Positions 33,000 to 42,628 of a stretch of 64,000 nt of DNA are shown here, one piece after another (the first letter of the stretch is position 1; every line of letters starts with the position of its first letter). Under the pieces are notes generated by a model. It saw nothing but the letters and a program-made list of their open reading frames with translations. It searched no databases and was not told the origin of the DNA. Location: positions 613-64,612 of the forward strand of contig JBDLIQ010000007.1 in the NCBI GenBank assembly GCA_039714775.1, written 5' to 3'. This DNA comes from Bacteroidota bacterium (GTDB taxonomy: Bacteria > Bacteroidota > Bacteroidia > Bacteroidales > GCA-2748055). A program made the position numbers and the translations under genes.

Positions 33000-34620
33000 A
33001 TCCAAAATAGAAATAGAGCATCACCATGATGACCAGGAGTATGAGTGCCCATATCCTGGGATCCCGGATGCTATGGATCCTGGATCTGTATCCCTTGAGA
33101 TGCTCCTTTGTAAAGATAAGGTTCTCTATTTCAGCCAGTGGCCTGGGCCTGGATGTCAGACTCAGTACATTGAATAAAACCACACACATCACAAACAACC
33201 ACCAGGCTTGCATCAGGAAGGGGATTCCCATCCCGTCCGTAATGAACTTGACACCCGAAATGGGTTCAAAATCGAAACAAAACACAACACTTCCTGCCAG
33301 GAGTCCGAATATCAGGGTTGACAGAGCCACCCTGTCATTTCCCCTTTTGGAGAGGATCCCCATAACAAATACAGCTGCAACCGGCGGGGAGAGCATGGAC
33401 AGCACAACGGATATGGCATCGAAGATGCTTTCAAACCGGCCGATCCAGGGGGACCAGGAGATCGCTAATAGAATGACAACGAGGCTGCTAATTCGTCCTG
33501 CCCTCAATACATTCCTGTCTGGTGTGGCGGGTCGCAACCTTTTGACAATATCGATGGAGACAAGTGTTCCCACACTGTTCAATGCTGCTGATATGGTACT
33601 CATCAGGGCTGCAAGCAGGGCTGCTGTCATCAGTCCCACCAATCCTTTGGGCAGCACATTGGAGATCAGCACCATAAGTGTATCATTGGGGTCGGTAATG
33701 ATATCCCGGAAAAGGACGTAGGCCAGTATACCCGGAAAAACCATAATAAATACCGGCAGGATCTTCAGAAATCCGGCAAAAAGTGGTCCGTTCTGGGCAT
33801 CTGACATCCTTTTTGCCCCCAATACCTTCTGTACGATGGTCTGATCGGCACACCAGTAATAGATCCCCAGTACAGGGTATCCGAGCAGGATGGAGTACCA
33901 TGGAAGTATTGAGTTCTCTCCAGACTGAAGCATATCGAGTTGACCTGGCTTCAGGGCTGCTTTCAAATCAGCCATGGTATGAATTCCCTGATCGGGAAGC
34001 ATGGCGATGGCAAGAATGGTTAGCAGGGTGGCCCCGCCAATGAGTATGACTGACTGAAATGATTCAATCACTACGATGGCCCGCAATCCACCCAGGATGC
34101 TATAGAGGGTTGTAATAAAAGCGATCACCAGGATGGATACCATTACATCCACCCCAAAGATGACCTTCATTACCACAGCGCCGGCATAAAGGCTGATCCC
34201 TATGTGTGAGAAGAGTGCAGTGATCACCACAATAAAGGCAAAGAAGGACCTGGATCGGGGGCCAAAGCGTTTCTCCAGGAATTCGGGCAGGGTGGATACC
34301 TTGTTCTTAAAGTAGAAGGGGGCAAAAAAGAGGGCGAGGATGATCAGCAGAAAAGTGGCCATCCACTCAAAATTTCCCCAGACGATTCCATCTTTGAATC
34401 CATTGGCTGCCAAACCCACCATATGGATGGTGGAGATGTTGGCAGCAAAAAGTGCAGCTCCGATCATCGCCCAGTTCAGGGACCGGCCAGCCAGAAAGAA
34501 TCCCTCACTGCTAATACTCTTTTTCCGGGCCGATAGTATGCCAATCAGAACAATGACCAGCAGGTAAGCCAGAATAATTCCTAAATCGATAATTGAGATA
34601 TTCTCTCTAACGGGTCCCAT
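32998..34620 (-). CDS. Sodium:solute symporter (SSS, SGLT-like)
   Basis: FFLAGRSL, FAANIST, TLPEFLEKRF, YWCADQTIVQK, LAALMST. Confidence 0.93.
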   Translation of the reverse strand: MGPVRENISIIDLGIILAYLLVIVLIGILSARKKSISSEGFFLAGRSLNWAMIGAALFAANISTIHMVGLAANGFKDGIVWGNFEWMATFLLIILALFFAPFYFKNKVSTLPEFLEKRFGPRSRSFFAFIVVITALFSHIGISLYAGAVVMKVIFGVDVMVSILVIAFITTLYSILGGLRAIVVIESFQSVILIGGATLLTILAIAMLPDQGIHTMADLKAALKPGQLDMLQSGENSILPWYSILLGYPVLGIYYWCADQTIVQKVLGAKRMSDAQNGPLFAGFLKILPVFIMVFPGILAYVLFRDIITDPNDTLMVLISNVLPKGLVGLMTAALLAALMSTISAALNSVGTLVSIDIVKRLRPATPDRNVLRAGRISSLVVILLAISWSPWIGRFESIFDAISVVLSMLSPPVAAVFVMGILSKRGNDRVALSTLIFGLLAGSVVFCFDFEPISGVKFITDGMGIPFLMQAWWLFVMCVVLFNVLSLTSRPRPLAEIENLIFTKEHLKGYRSRIHSIRDPRIWALILLVIMVMLYFYFG

Positions 34621-35914
34621 TTTGCATCACCTCCTCCATACAAATTTGCTGCCAGTCCCAGAGCCGGCGGGGATCATACCGTACGGTTGAAATATCTTTC
34701 ATAATCATCTCAATGTGGCACCTTCTGTCGGCTTGTTCCAGGAAATCCCTGATCTCATGTCTGGCACGGATTGAATCAAATTCCCTGTCGGCAAATATAG
34801 CAGGATTTGGTTTGCGGCTGATCACATAATCGTCGCCCAGACCCTCAATGGCCTTTCGGGTGTCATTCCAGGGACTGCAGGAGACCTTTCTGAGGTTTGG
34901 GATCCGTTTAAGCAGATGACTCTTGTCTGCCAGTGGTTCACAGCAACCATAATAGGTCATTTCCCATCTTTTCAGCCACTTCAGGTCATGTTCAATGGCG
35001 AACTCCCAGTGCATTTCAGGAGATACTTCAGAAAATATCTGGGCATTTGAACATCCCCACATATTGTGTGGTTTGACCCAATCAGGATCAAAGGGTTTGC
35101 CAGGCATCTCATTTGTATAACCATACCCTCCCGATCCTATCCGGGTGTTGTTGCAATCCAGGGAGAGCAGGTTCTGCTCTTCGAACTGATCCAGTTCGAC
35201 CATCCAGGCTTCCACCATTCTTTCGTAGAAGGCATGTACCATGTCGGGACGCATGATCAGGTCCATCATTGCTTCCTGTATGCCCCACCAGCGGATTAAG
35301 AAATCCCATGGGGTGAACCAGATATGGGACTGGCCCTGCTTTCTGACAGGCAGGATATCTCCAAATATCTCATTCATCAGGCGGAACCTTATTTCTGTGG
35401 CTTCCCGGTTATGGGTAATGGTTGGAATCTTTAGCTTCTCCAGGTCATCCATATCCTGAATCTGGATATTAAAATGGCGGGAGACAATGTCGCTGGATTC
35501 ATCAGTGATTGCCAGGTCCACATCCTCAATGACACCAAAATCAGTACTGTGTATGGAGAGAGGACAATCGAGCCAGGGATTGATAATCATATCTCCGGGC
35601 ATGTGTTTCCACTGGTAGATGGTCTTTCGCATGAGATCCTCCTGGGAGCGTGCCCACTCATTTGTACACTGAATGGTCAGCTCATCATTGAAATTCATTT
35701 CGTGCCATGGAATCTCATCGATCCAAACCATGGGCCGTTCTGATTCAAGGTCATTGAGCTTTTGCCACAAACGTGCCTTCTCCTTGTGGATGGGCAGGGA
35801 TGCAATGTGGGCCCACTCTTCTGCCAGAGCCCTTAAGAGATCGATCTCTCTCTGTTCAGGAACGATTTCATTGGCCACCTCTGGTACAGTCTTATGGCTG
35901 GGGTCATGTAACAT
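34607..35914 (-). CDS. Uroporphyrinogen decarboxylase/MtaA-CmuA-like TIM-barrel protein of unknown function
   Basis: WWGIQEAMMDLIMRPD, VSPEMHWEF, YYGCCEPL, IPNLRKVSCSPW resemble the URO-D/cobalamin methyltransferase superfamily. Confidence 0.55.
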   Translation of the reverse strand: MLHDPSHKTVPEVANEIVPEQREIDLLRALAEEWAHIASLPIHKEKARLWQKLNDLESERPMVWIDEIPWHEMNFNDELTIQCTNEWARSQEDLMRKTIYQWKHMPGDMIINPWLDCPLSIHSTDFGVIEDVDLAITDESSDIVSRHFNIQIQDMDDLEKLKIPTITHNREATEIRFRLMNEIFGDILPVRKQGQSHIWFTPWDFLIRWWGIQEAMMDLIMRPDMVHAFYERMVEAWMVELDQFEEQNLLSLDCNNTRIGSGGYGYTNEMPGKPFDPDWVKPHNMWGCSNAQIFSEVSPEMHWEFAIEHDLKWLKRWEMTYYGCCEPLADKSHLLKRIPNLRKVSCSPWNDTRKAIEGLGDDYVISRKPNPAIFADREFDSIRARHEIRDFLEQADRRCHIEMIMKDISTVRYDPRRLWDWQQICMEEVMQNGTR

Positions 35915-35959
35915 GTAATGCTGATATTGATAAATGCTTCAAAAAGGTGAGTTTGTATT

Positions 35960-37174
35960 TCAAAACTTTCTTCCGAATTTCACGGTAAAACTAACTGTGG
36001 GAAAGGCAATTATGTTGAAGTCGGTGCGGGCATTGGTGTCCCAGTATTGACTGTTTGCACCGATGGTATACTTATCCGGGATCTCTCCCGGGAAATTTGC
36101 AACGTAGGTCAGTCCCGCCTGCCAGCTGATCCAGTCCCTGCTCTTGGTAACGATCCGGATCCCTGCGATGCCGTACCAGAAGATGCTTCTCTGGGAGTAA
36201 TCTTCATTATAGTACTCATTGTCATCATAATTGTTAGGATCATGTTCGTTGTAGTAATATGCTCCCCTGTTGATGTTTACCCCAAGCACATAATTCTCCG
36301 TCAGGAAGTAGATATAGGGCGAGACCCTGGCCATGGCTGAGAAATTTGTTACCAACGAAGAGGTTTTTCTGGTGATCTCACTTTCGTTGGTGTAGAGGTG
36401 TCCTCCGCCCAGGCTGATGTTTCCGTTGGGTCCGCCTGTGCTGAAGCTGGCATAGGCAAGGTTGCCAATCGCATTGGAGCCCCACGTTCCAAAGAGAAGC
36501 ATGTCCCCGATTGCAATGGAAGAACTCTTGCCAATTGGAAATGAGACCTTGGGTGTGAGGTAGATAGGAATCCCGATCACCGATGTTCCGATACCGATAG
36601 AGAAGTTATCGTCTACACCATACTGGATGTCATGGAGCAGGAAGTAGACCGTGTTGTAGTAGAGCTCACCCTTCTTCAGGTTGTAAGCCGAGGGGGCAAA
36701 AAAATAGCGGGTGTTGTGGTCGCTGGTGATGGCACTGTCCGTTCTTACTACCACAGGCACAGCCCCTGTTGCTGGCTGGGGTGAGCCTGCAGTTGGAGGC
36801 GCCACATATTTCCCGGGAGCAGAGACAATATCAAGGATGGCATAGGAGATCAGGAGCCCCTGTTCCTGAGAGGGAGAGGAGAGGATCCGGCTCCCCAGTA
36901 TTTTACTCCCCAACAGTTTCTCATTGCAGTCGGTCACCGAAACCACCAGATCCTCTTCCGCCAGTTGGATTTTGGTAAAGTGATAGTTGCAGCGGTTGGT
37001 ATAATCCAGGGTGGTTGTATACACAATGTTCTCTTCAACCAGTTTGGCGGTGATCAGCTGTTCGAGTTCATCATTGAGAATTCCGCTGCGGTCATCGATC
37101 ACCAATTGATCCTGGGAGTAAGCAGAGAGGGTGAAGAGGATAGAGAGCAGGAGGGTGGATTTGAATTTAAGCAT
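35960..37174 (-). CDS. Hypothetical exported protein with probable C-terminal beta-barrel
   Basis: Signal peptide from ATG 37174; Pro-rich linker; RYFFAPSAYNLKKGE; ends FTVKFGRKF. Confidence 0.55.
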   Translation of the reverse strand: MLKFKSTLLLSILFTLSAYSQDQLVIDDRSGILNDELEQLITAKLVEENIVYTTTLDYTNRCNYHFTKIQLAEEDLVVSVTDCNEKLLGSKILGSRILSSPSQEQGLLISYAILDIVSAPGKYVAPPTAGSPQPATGAVPVVVRTDSAITSDHNTRYFFAPSAYNLKKGELYYNTVYFLLHDIQYGVDDNFSIGIGTSVIGIPIYLTPKVSFPIGKSSSIAIGDMLLFGTWGSNAIGNLAYASFSTGGPNGNISLGGGHLYTNESEITRKTSSLVTNFSAMARVSPYIYFLTENYVLGVNINRGAYYYNEHDPNNYDDNEYYNEDYSQRSIFWYGIAGIRIVTKSRDWISWQAGLTYVANFPGEIPDKYTIGANSQYWDTNARTDFNIIAFPTVSFTVKFGRKF

Positions 37175-37220
37175 ATGGGTCAAATTTTGACTAAAATAGT
37201 ATTTTTGTGAATTCATTCTG

Positions 37221-38441
37221 ATGCAAACTGTAAACAAAGCGATATCACGTAAGAATTTTTACGCCTTCATATGGCACGCTCTCCTGTTGGCGGTGGCCAA
37301 GAATGCCATGGATGTGGATACTGTTATTCCCTCCATGCTTATCAACGCCGGGGGAACACAGCTCCATGTGGGGATCCTTACGGCCATCATGATTGGTGTT
37401 TCCCGCTTCTCCCAGCTCTTTTTTGCGCCCATGGTATCGGGGGCAAAAAGGAAGAAACCCTTTCTGCTGGGTGGCATTAACATGCGCATTCTCTCACTGG
37501 TTGCTATTGGTTTCCTCTTCCTGGGGATGCAATCCATTGGTCATGTTACGCTTATTGCACTGATCTTCATTATTTTTACCATCTTTTCCATAAGCGGGGC
37601 CTTTGCGAACCTCCCCTATACCGACATCCTGGGAAAATCGATCAGGGAGAGCAGGCGCAAACAGTTCTTTTCACTCAAGCAGATCATATCAAGCTCCGGG
37701 ATACTGGCCTCTGCCTTTTTTGTGCGCATTATCCTTGCCAGGTATGACTATCCTGACAACTATTCACGCCTCTTCTTCTATGCTGCCGGTTTTCTTTTTC
37801 TGGCCAGTCTTGGATTCTGGGCCATCAGGGAGTTTATGCCCAAAGATTTTACCCCGGTAAAACAGTCCTTCAGGGATTCATTTGTTGAACTGGGGCGTAA
37901 CAGGCGGCTGCAATATTTCCTGATCAGCATCAACACCCTGGGGCTGGGAATCGGGATCCTCCCCTTTGTTCTGCTTTATGCCGGCGAAACCAGGGAGCTG
38001 AACAGTGAGTTTGTCGGCAACCTGCTGATTGCCAAAACTGTTGGGCTTATTGTAGCGGGACTCTGGTTGTTTTACCGTTCCAAGAAGGTAAGGTACCACC
38101 GCATGATGCAGTCGATGGTTGTACTGGGTATAGGTGCCGTTGCCATTGCCTGGGCTTTTCCGGGGATCATGGTCTCCTACCTTGTGAGCCTCTTTACCGG
38201 GGGACTTTTTCTCAGCCTTTACCAGATTATTCAGAGCGGGGTTCTGCTTGAGATCAGCAATATTCACAACCGCAGCCTCTATACAGCCATTTCAGGTGCA
38301 GGGAGTATCTTGCCGGTCCTCTTTCCCCTCTTTGGCGGAGCCATTATCGGACTTATCGGGTATCACGCCTTTTTTGCCATCTACGCCATATTGATGGCCA
38401 CCAGCATCATCTTCATCCAGAAACTCAATTGTCAGAAATAG
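37221..38441 (+). CDS. MFS transporter
   Basis: 406 aa with about 12 hydrophobic segments in a 6+6 arrangement. Confidence 0.8.
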   Translation: MQTVNKAISRKNFYAFIWHALLLAVAKNAMDVDTVIPSMLINAGGTQLHVGILTAIMIGVSRFSQLFFAPMVSGAKRKKPFLLGGINMRILSLVAIGFLFLGMQSIGHVTLIALIFIIFTIFSISGAFANLPYTDILGKSIRESRRKQFFSLKQIISSSGILASAFFVRIILARYDYPDNYSRLFFYAAGFLFLASLGFWAIREFMPKDFTPVKQSFRDSFVELGRNRRLQYFLISINTLGLGIGILPFVLLYAGETRELNSEFVGNLLIAKTVGLIVAGLWLFYRSKKVRYHRMMQSMVVLGIGAVAIAWAFPGIMVSYLVSLFTGGLFLSLYQIIQSGVLLEISNIHNRSLYTAISGAGSILPVLFPLFGGAIIGLIGYHAFFAIYAILMATSIIFIQKLNCQK

Positions 38442-38448
38442 GTTTAAC

Positions 38449-39255
38449 GTGAAAATGAGATCGATCTTTATCAGTGGAGCCACAAGTGGTATAGGAAAGG
38501 CGACCGCATTGCTGCTTGCAGAGAGAGGATACCGGATCCTGGCCCATGGCCGGGAGAGGGCAAAGCTTGATGGACTGAAGCGTGCGTTGGACAGGGGGAA
38601 GCCGGGTGCTGAGCACCGCACCTACCAGGCAGACCTTACCTCATTTGAGGAGATTGACAGGATGATTGGAGAGGTGAAGAGCGAAAACCACAGTCTGTTT
38701 GGGATCATCAGCAACGCTGCGCTCTTTTCCCATGAAAAGGTGTTGGTGCCGGGCAGACAGATTGAGCAGACATTTATGGTTAACCAGCTGGCGGCATATA
38801 AGCTCATCAATGGTCTGATGGATTTGCTGAAAACGGAGCAGGGGGAGAAGCATATCCTGCAGGTCTCCTCCATGGCGCATACTAACTCCATAGACCTTGA
38901 GCAGGTGGTGAATCCTGAAGATTATGATGGTTACAGGGCATATGGTGAATCGAAACTGTGCAATATTCTGATGGTGAAATACCTGGCGCCACGTGTGGCA
39001 GCGCATGGGATCCTGGTCAACGCCCTGCACCCCGGAGTGATCGATACTGCTATTTTACGTGAAGGGTGGGGGGATTTTGGCGCCCCGGTTACTGTGGCTG
39101 CAAAGACCATACTGCAAAGCCTGGAGAACCAGGTGCCGGAAAACAGCGGTGACTATTTCGTGAATGCCCTGCCTGTATCTCCCGCATCCATTGCAGAGAA
39201 CCATGATATTCAGGAGGCGTGCTGGAGGTTGCAAACAGCACTTGATGCAGGATGA
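38449..39255 (+). CDS. SDR family oxidoreductase (retinol dehydrogenase-like)
   Basis: SGATSGIG, SNAA, YGESKLCN, ALHPGVIDT. Confidence 0.88.
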   Translation: MKMRSIFISGATSGIGKATALLLAERGYRILAHGRERAKLDGLKRALDRGKPGAEHRTYQADLTSFEEIDRMIGEVKSENHSLFGIISNAALFSHEKVLVPGRQIEQTFMVNQLAAYKLINGLMDLLKTEQGEKHILQVSSMAHTNSIDLEQVVNPEDYDGYRAYGESKLCNILMVKYLAPRVAAHGILVNALHPGVIDTAILREGWGDFGAPVTVAAKTILQSLENQVPENSGDYFVNALPVSPASIAENHDIQEACWRLQTALDAG

Positions 39256-39293
39256 GCCTGAATAGTATGCTCAGATCCTCTGTGAATTGCCAT

Positions 39294-39324
39294 TTTGATA
39301 ATGAGAATATTCTCATTATATTTG
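39294..39324 (+). promoter_or_regulatory. Promoter (-33 TTTG, -7 TATATTTG) with a perfect 22-bp palindrome ATAATGAGAATATTCTCATTAT
   Basis: Palindrome at 39298-39319 lies between TTTG 39294-39297 and TATATTTG 39317-39324; its core recurs at 61557. Confidence 0.8.
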
Positions 39325-39365
39325 CGCTCTCGATACCGTAATACTGTATCTCTTAATAACCATAT

Positions 39366-40982
39366 ATGCAATATATAAAGAAGTCAAAAAGAGAGTTCCT
39401 GAAGTTACTGTTACTTTTCATTGCAGTGGTACTTCCCTGGATCATCGGGTTCCTGCTGGTAAGAAAAACCGATGAGCAGGTCAGGGAGAGATCCATTCCC
39501 CTTGTAAACTTCAGCAGAGATACCACCCTGAAGGCCGATCACAGCCAGTTTCCCGTTCTTCAGCAAGAGTTTAATGAGCCACAGGAGGTGACCGAAGCTT
39601 GTCTCTCCTGTCACAACAAAACCGCACAGGATGTGATGCGTTCTTCACACTGGACATGGACCAAGGATTACGTGATGGACAGTGGCGATACCATGCAACT
39701 GGGCAAGCAAAACATCATCAACAACTTCTGCATCGGGGTCTCTTCCAATGAATCGCGCTGTACCAGCTGTCACATAGGATACGGGTGGGAGGATGACCGG
39801 TTTGATTTCAATGAAAGCAGGAATATCGATTGTATCATTTGTCATGACCGGACCGGCACCTATAAAAAGTTCCCCACGGGAGCAGGATACCCGGTGACTG
39901 AAGAGAAGAAGTTTGGGGGTCAAACTTTCCTGCCTCCCGATTATTCTAAGATCGCTCAACAGGTAGGAAGTCCAGGCAGGGAGAATTGCGGAGCCTGTCA
40001 CTTTGTGGGAGGGGGAGGAAACAACGTGAAGCACGGGGATATCGCCAACGACCTTGTTGAGATCACCCGAAACGTTGATGTGCATATGGCCGTGGATGGT
40101 GCCAACATGACCTGCACCGAGTGTCACCGGACCGAGCACCACAACATCACCGGGAACCTCTACTCTATTGCATCTGTTAACAACAACAGGGTGACCTGTG
40201 ACCAGTGCCACACAAGCAAACCCCATCAAAACAGCACCCTGAACAAACATGTAAGCAGGGTGGCGTGCCAGACCTGCCATATTCCTGAGTTTGCCAAACG
40301 AACTGCTACAAAGATGTACTGGGACTGGTCCACCGCAGGGAGGCTGGATGAGACCGGGAAACCGCTGGAGGAGCATGACAGCCTGGGTAATGTAACCTAC
40401 CTGGGAAAGAAAGGGTCATTTGTTTGGGAAAACAGTGTGGAGCCTGAGTACTACTGGTTTAATGGACAGGCCAGGCACCACCTGCTGGGAGATCAGGTGG
40501 ATCCGGACAGTCCGGTCCAGTTAAACACCCTGGTGGGGGATTATCAGGACAAGCACTCCCGGATCGTGCCGGTAAAGGTGCACCGCGGAAGGCAGATCTA
40601 TGACCCGGTAAACAAAACCCTGGTATTGCCCCACCTGTACGGCAAGGACAGTACCGCCTACTGGAAGGGATTTGACTGGGACCGGTCAGCAGAAGCGGGC
40701 ATGAAAAGTGCCGGTATGCCATACAGCGGAGAGCATGGTTTCATTGCCACAGAGATGTACTGGCCCATCAACCATATGGTGGCACCGGCTGAGGAATCCC
40801 TGCATTGTTCGGACTGTCACTCCCGTGAGGGACGTTTGAGCAACCTGGCCGGTTTCTATCTTTCAGGAAGGGATCATCATCCACTTATGGACCTGGCCGG
40901 TTTTGCCATGATCATCGCTGCATTTATCGGGGTGATCATTCATTCGATGATCAGGATTAATTCGAACAGGAGGTCATCATAA
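39366..40982 (+). CDS. otr: Octaheme tetrathionate reductase (OTR) family c-type cytochrome
   Basis: Eight CxxCH motifs (CLSCH, CTSCH, CIICH, CGACH, CTECH, CDQCH, CQTCH, CSDCH); ADHSQF, INNFC, GGGGNNVKHGD, WPINHMVAP; N- and C-terminal TM anchors. Confidence 0.9.
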   Translation: MQYIKKSKREFLKLLLLFIAVVLPWIIGFLLVRKTDEQVRERSIPLVNFSRDTTLKADHSQFPVLQQEFNEPQEVTEACLSCHNKTAQDVMRSSHWTWTKDYVMDSGDTMQLGKQNIINNFCIGVSSNESRCTSCHIGYGWEDDRFDFNESRNIDCIICHDRTGTYKKFPTGAGYPVTEEKKFGGQTFLPPDYSKIAQQVGSPGRENCGACHFVGGGGNNVKHGDIANDLVEITRNVDVHMAVDGANMTCTECHRTEHHNITGNLYSIASVNNNRVTCDQCHTSKPHQNSTLNKHVSRVACQTCHIPEFAKRTATKMYWDWSTAGRLDETGKPLEEHDSLGNVTYLGKKGSFVWENSVEPEYYWFNGQARHHLLGDQVDPDSPVQLNTLVGDYQDKHSRIVPVKVHRGRQIYDPVNKTLVLPHLYGKDSTAYWKGFDWDRSAEAGMKSAGMPYSGEHGFIATEMYWPINHMVAPAEESLHCSDCHSREGRLSNLAGFYLSGRDHHPLMDLAGFAMIIAAFIGVIIHSMIRINSNRRSS

Positions 40983-40994
40983 CAAGGAAGGAAA

Positions 40995-42320
40995 ATGAAG
41001 AGAAGAACATATATATACAGGGGGTTTGAACGTTTCTGGCACTGGAGCCAGGCACTGCTCATCTTCTTCCTGGGGTTGACAGGTCTGGAGATCCACGGAA
41101 CCTATACAATCTTTGGTTTTGAGAATGTGGTTAACTGGCACAACTCGGCTGCCTGGGCTCTGCTGGTATTGATCGTTTTTACGATATTCTGGCATTTTGT
41201 GACCGGAGAATGGAAACAGTATATTCCCACCACGAAGTTTCTGAAAGCACAGTTTGAATATTACGTATCGGGTATTTTCAAAGGTGCTCCACACCCCACC
41301 CATAAAACGGTCTATAACAAATTCAATCCGCTTCAAAGGTTCATTTACCTGGGATTGAAGCTGCTGGTTATCCCTGTGATGGTGGCAACCGGGTTTATCT
41401 ACATGTTCTATCTCTATCCCAACAATCCGGTTCAGCTGACGGGACTCACCACGGTTGCTACCGTGCACACCCTGGGGGCCTTTATCCTTCTGGCTTTTGT
41501 GATTGCCCATGTCTACCTAACCACCACAGGTGATAAACCGTTGACGAGCATTAAAGCGATGGTTACCGGGTGGGAGGTACTGGATATAGATGAAAAAGAG
41601 GAGCGGAACAGGCGCCTGGTAGATGCTGTAAACGACAGTGCTGCGGGGTACTACAGAATCGGCAGAGAGGGGGAGATCATGGATGTAAATGAAGCCTGGT
41701 TGCGCCTTTACAAATGCAAGGATTCCAAAAAGATCATCGGACAGCACTTTTCGGTAACGCGGGATGAAAGGCACCGGACCGCGTTGGAAGAGCTGGTTCA
41801 AAAGGTGCTCCGGGGAGAACTGATCACCGGGGTCCCGGTCACTAGAAGATGCATGGATGGCTCCACGGGAAACCACCTGCTCTCAATGAACCCTGTTTAT
41901 GAAGAGGAGCAGATTACCGGGATCGAAGGATTTGTGATTGATATTGATGAATCGGAACCGCCAACCACACACCTGAACTATATTGTGAAAAACAGCAGTG
42001 CCGGGTATTACCGGATCGATTCGGATGGTTTCATTGCGGATGTAAATGATGCCTGGCTGAAGTTGTACAAATATGATGATCGCGGGGAGGTTGTTGGAAA
42101 ACACTACTCCATTACCAGGAACCAGACCGAAACCCGCAAGCTGGATGATACTTTTCATCAGGTGATGCAGGGCGAATTGGTGCCCGGCAAAAGGGTAATT
42201 CGCCTGTGCAGGGACGGGTCGGAAGGCAAGCACCTGCTATCTGCCAATCCGGTCTATGTGGGAAACAGGATTACCGGTATGGAGGGTTTTATTCTGGATA
42301 TTACCGGACTGGATGAATAG
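40995..42320 (+). CDS. PhsC/HyaC-type cytochrome b fused to two tandem PAS domains
   Basis: FERFWHW, TGLEIH, KFNPLQR, HTLGAF..AHVYL heme-b motifs in the first ~200 aa; two ~105-aa repeats with DVN.AW..LY and PAC-like DGS..NPVY..EGF.LDI. Confidence 0.85.
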   Translation: MKRRTYIYRGFERFWHWSQALLIFFLGLTGLEIHGTYTIFGFENVVNWHNSAAWALLVLIVFTIFWHFVTGEWKQYIPTTKFLKAQFEYYVSGIFKGAPHPTHKTVYNKFNPLQRFIYLGLKLLVIPVMVATGFIYMFYLYPNNPVQLTGLTTVATVHTLGAFILLAFVIAHVYLTTTGDKPLTSIKAMVTGWEVLDIDEKEERNRRLVDAVNDSAAGYYRIGREGEIMDVNEAWLRLYKCKDSKKIIGQHFSVTRDERHRTALEELVQKVLRGELITGVPVTRRCMDGSTGNHLLSMNPVYEEEQITGIEGFVIDIDESEPPTTHLNYIVKNSSAGYYRIDSDGFIADVNDAWLKLYKYDDRGEVVGKHYSITRNQTETRKLDDTFHQVMQGELVPGKRVIRLCRDGSEGKHLLSANPVYVGNRITGMEGFILDITGLDE

Positions 42321-42322
42321 TG

Positions 42323-42625
42323 TCAGCCGGTTGAGTCATCCATGCGTGATTCGATCTCTTTGATATGATCGACCAGGAAAGAGGAGTCGCTTCCCGATAC
42401 CGCCCTGATCCACGATTTTAGCCGGAGGTTCTGTTCATATACCTTCTGGCAGCTTTTAGCTTCCTCTTTGTCAGTAATTGTTTCGTTCTGATCATATACG
42501 GATTTTAGCTTATCCAGCAGACGGTCCTTCTCCCGGCACCACTCGGAGTTGCGGTCATCACAACCGCACCGGGCATCTTCAATCCACTTGAACAGACCCT
42601 CGGGAATATATACCCTGTGACTCAT
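42323..42625 (-). CDS. Hypothetical 100-aa protein with four Cys
   Basis: ORF 3 nt downstream of the preceding gene; RCGCDD..WC...SC. Confidence 0.55.
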   Translation of the reverse strand: MSHRVYIPEGLFKWIEDARCGCDDRNSEWCREKDRLLDKLKSVYDQNETITDKEEAKSCQKVYEQNLRLKSWIRAVSGSDSSFLVDHIKEIESRMDDSTG

Positions 42626-42628
42626 GGC

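Noticed and set aside
34593-34606. TGAGATATTCTC resembling the island palindrome
   Set aside because: It is imperfect, lies within coding sequence and is not positioned in a promoter.
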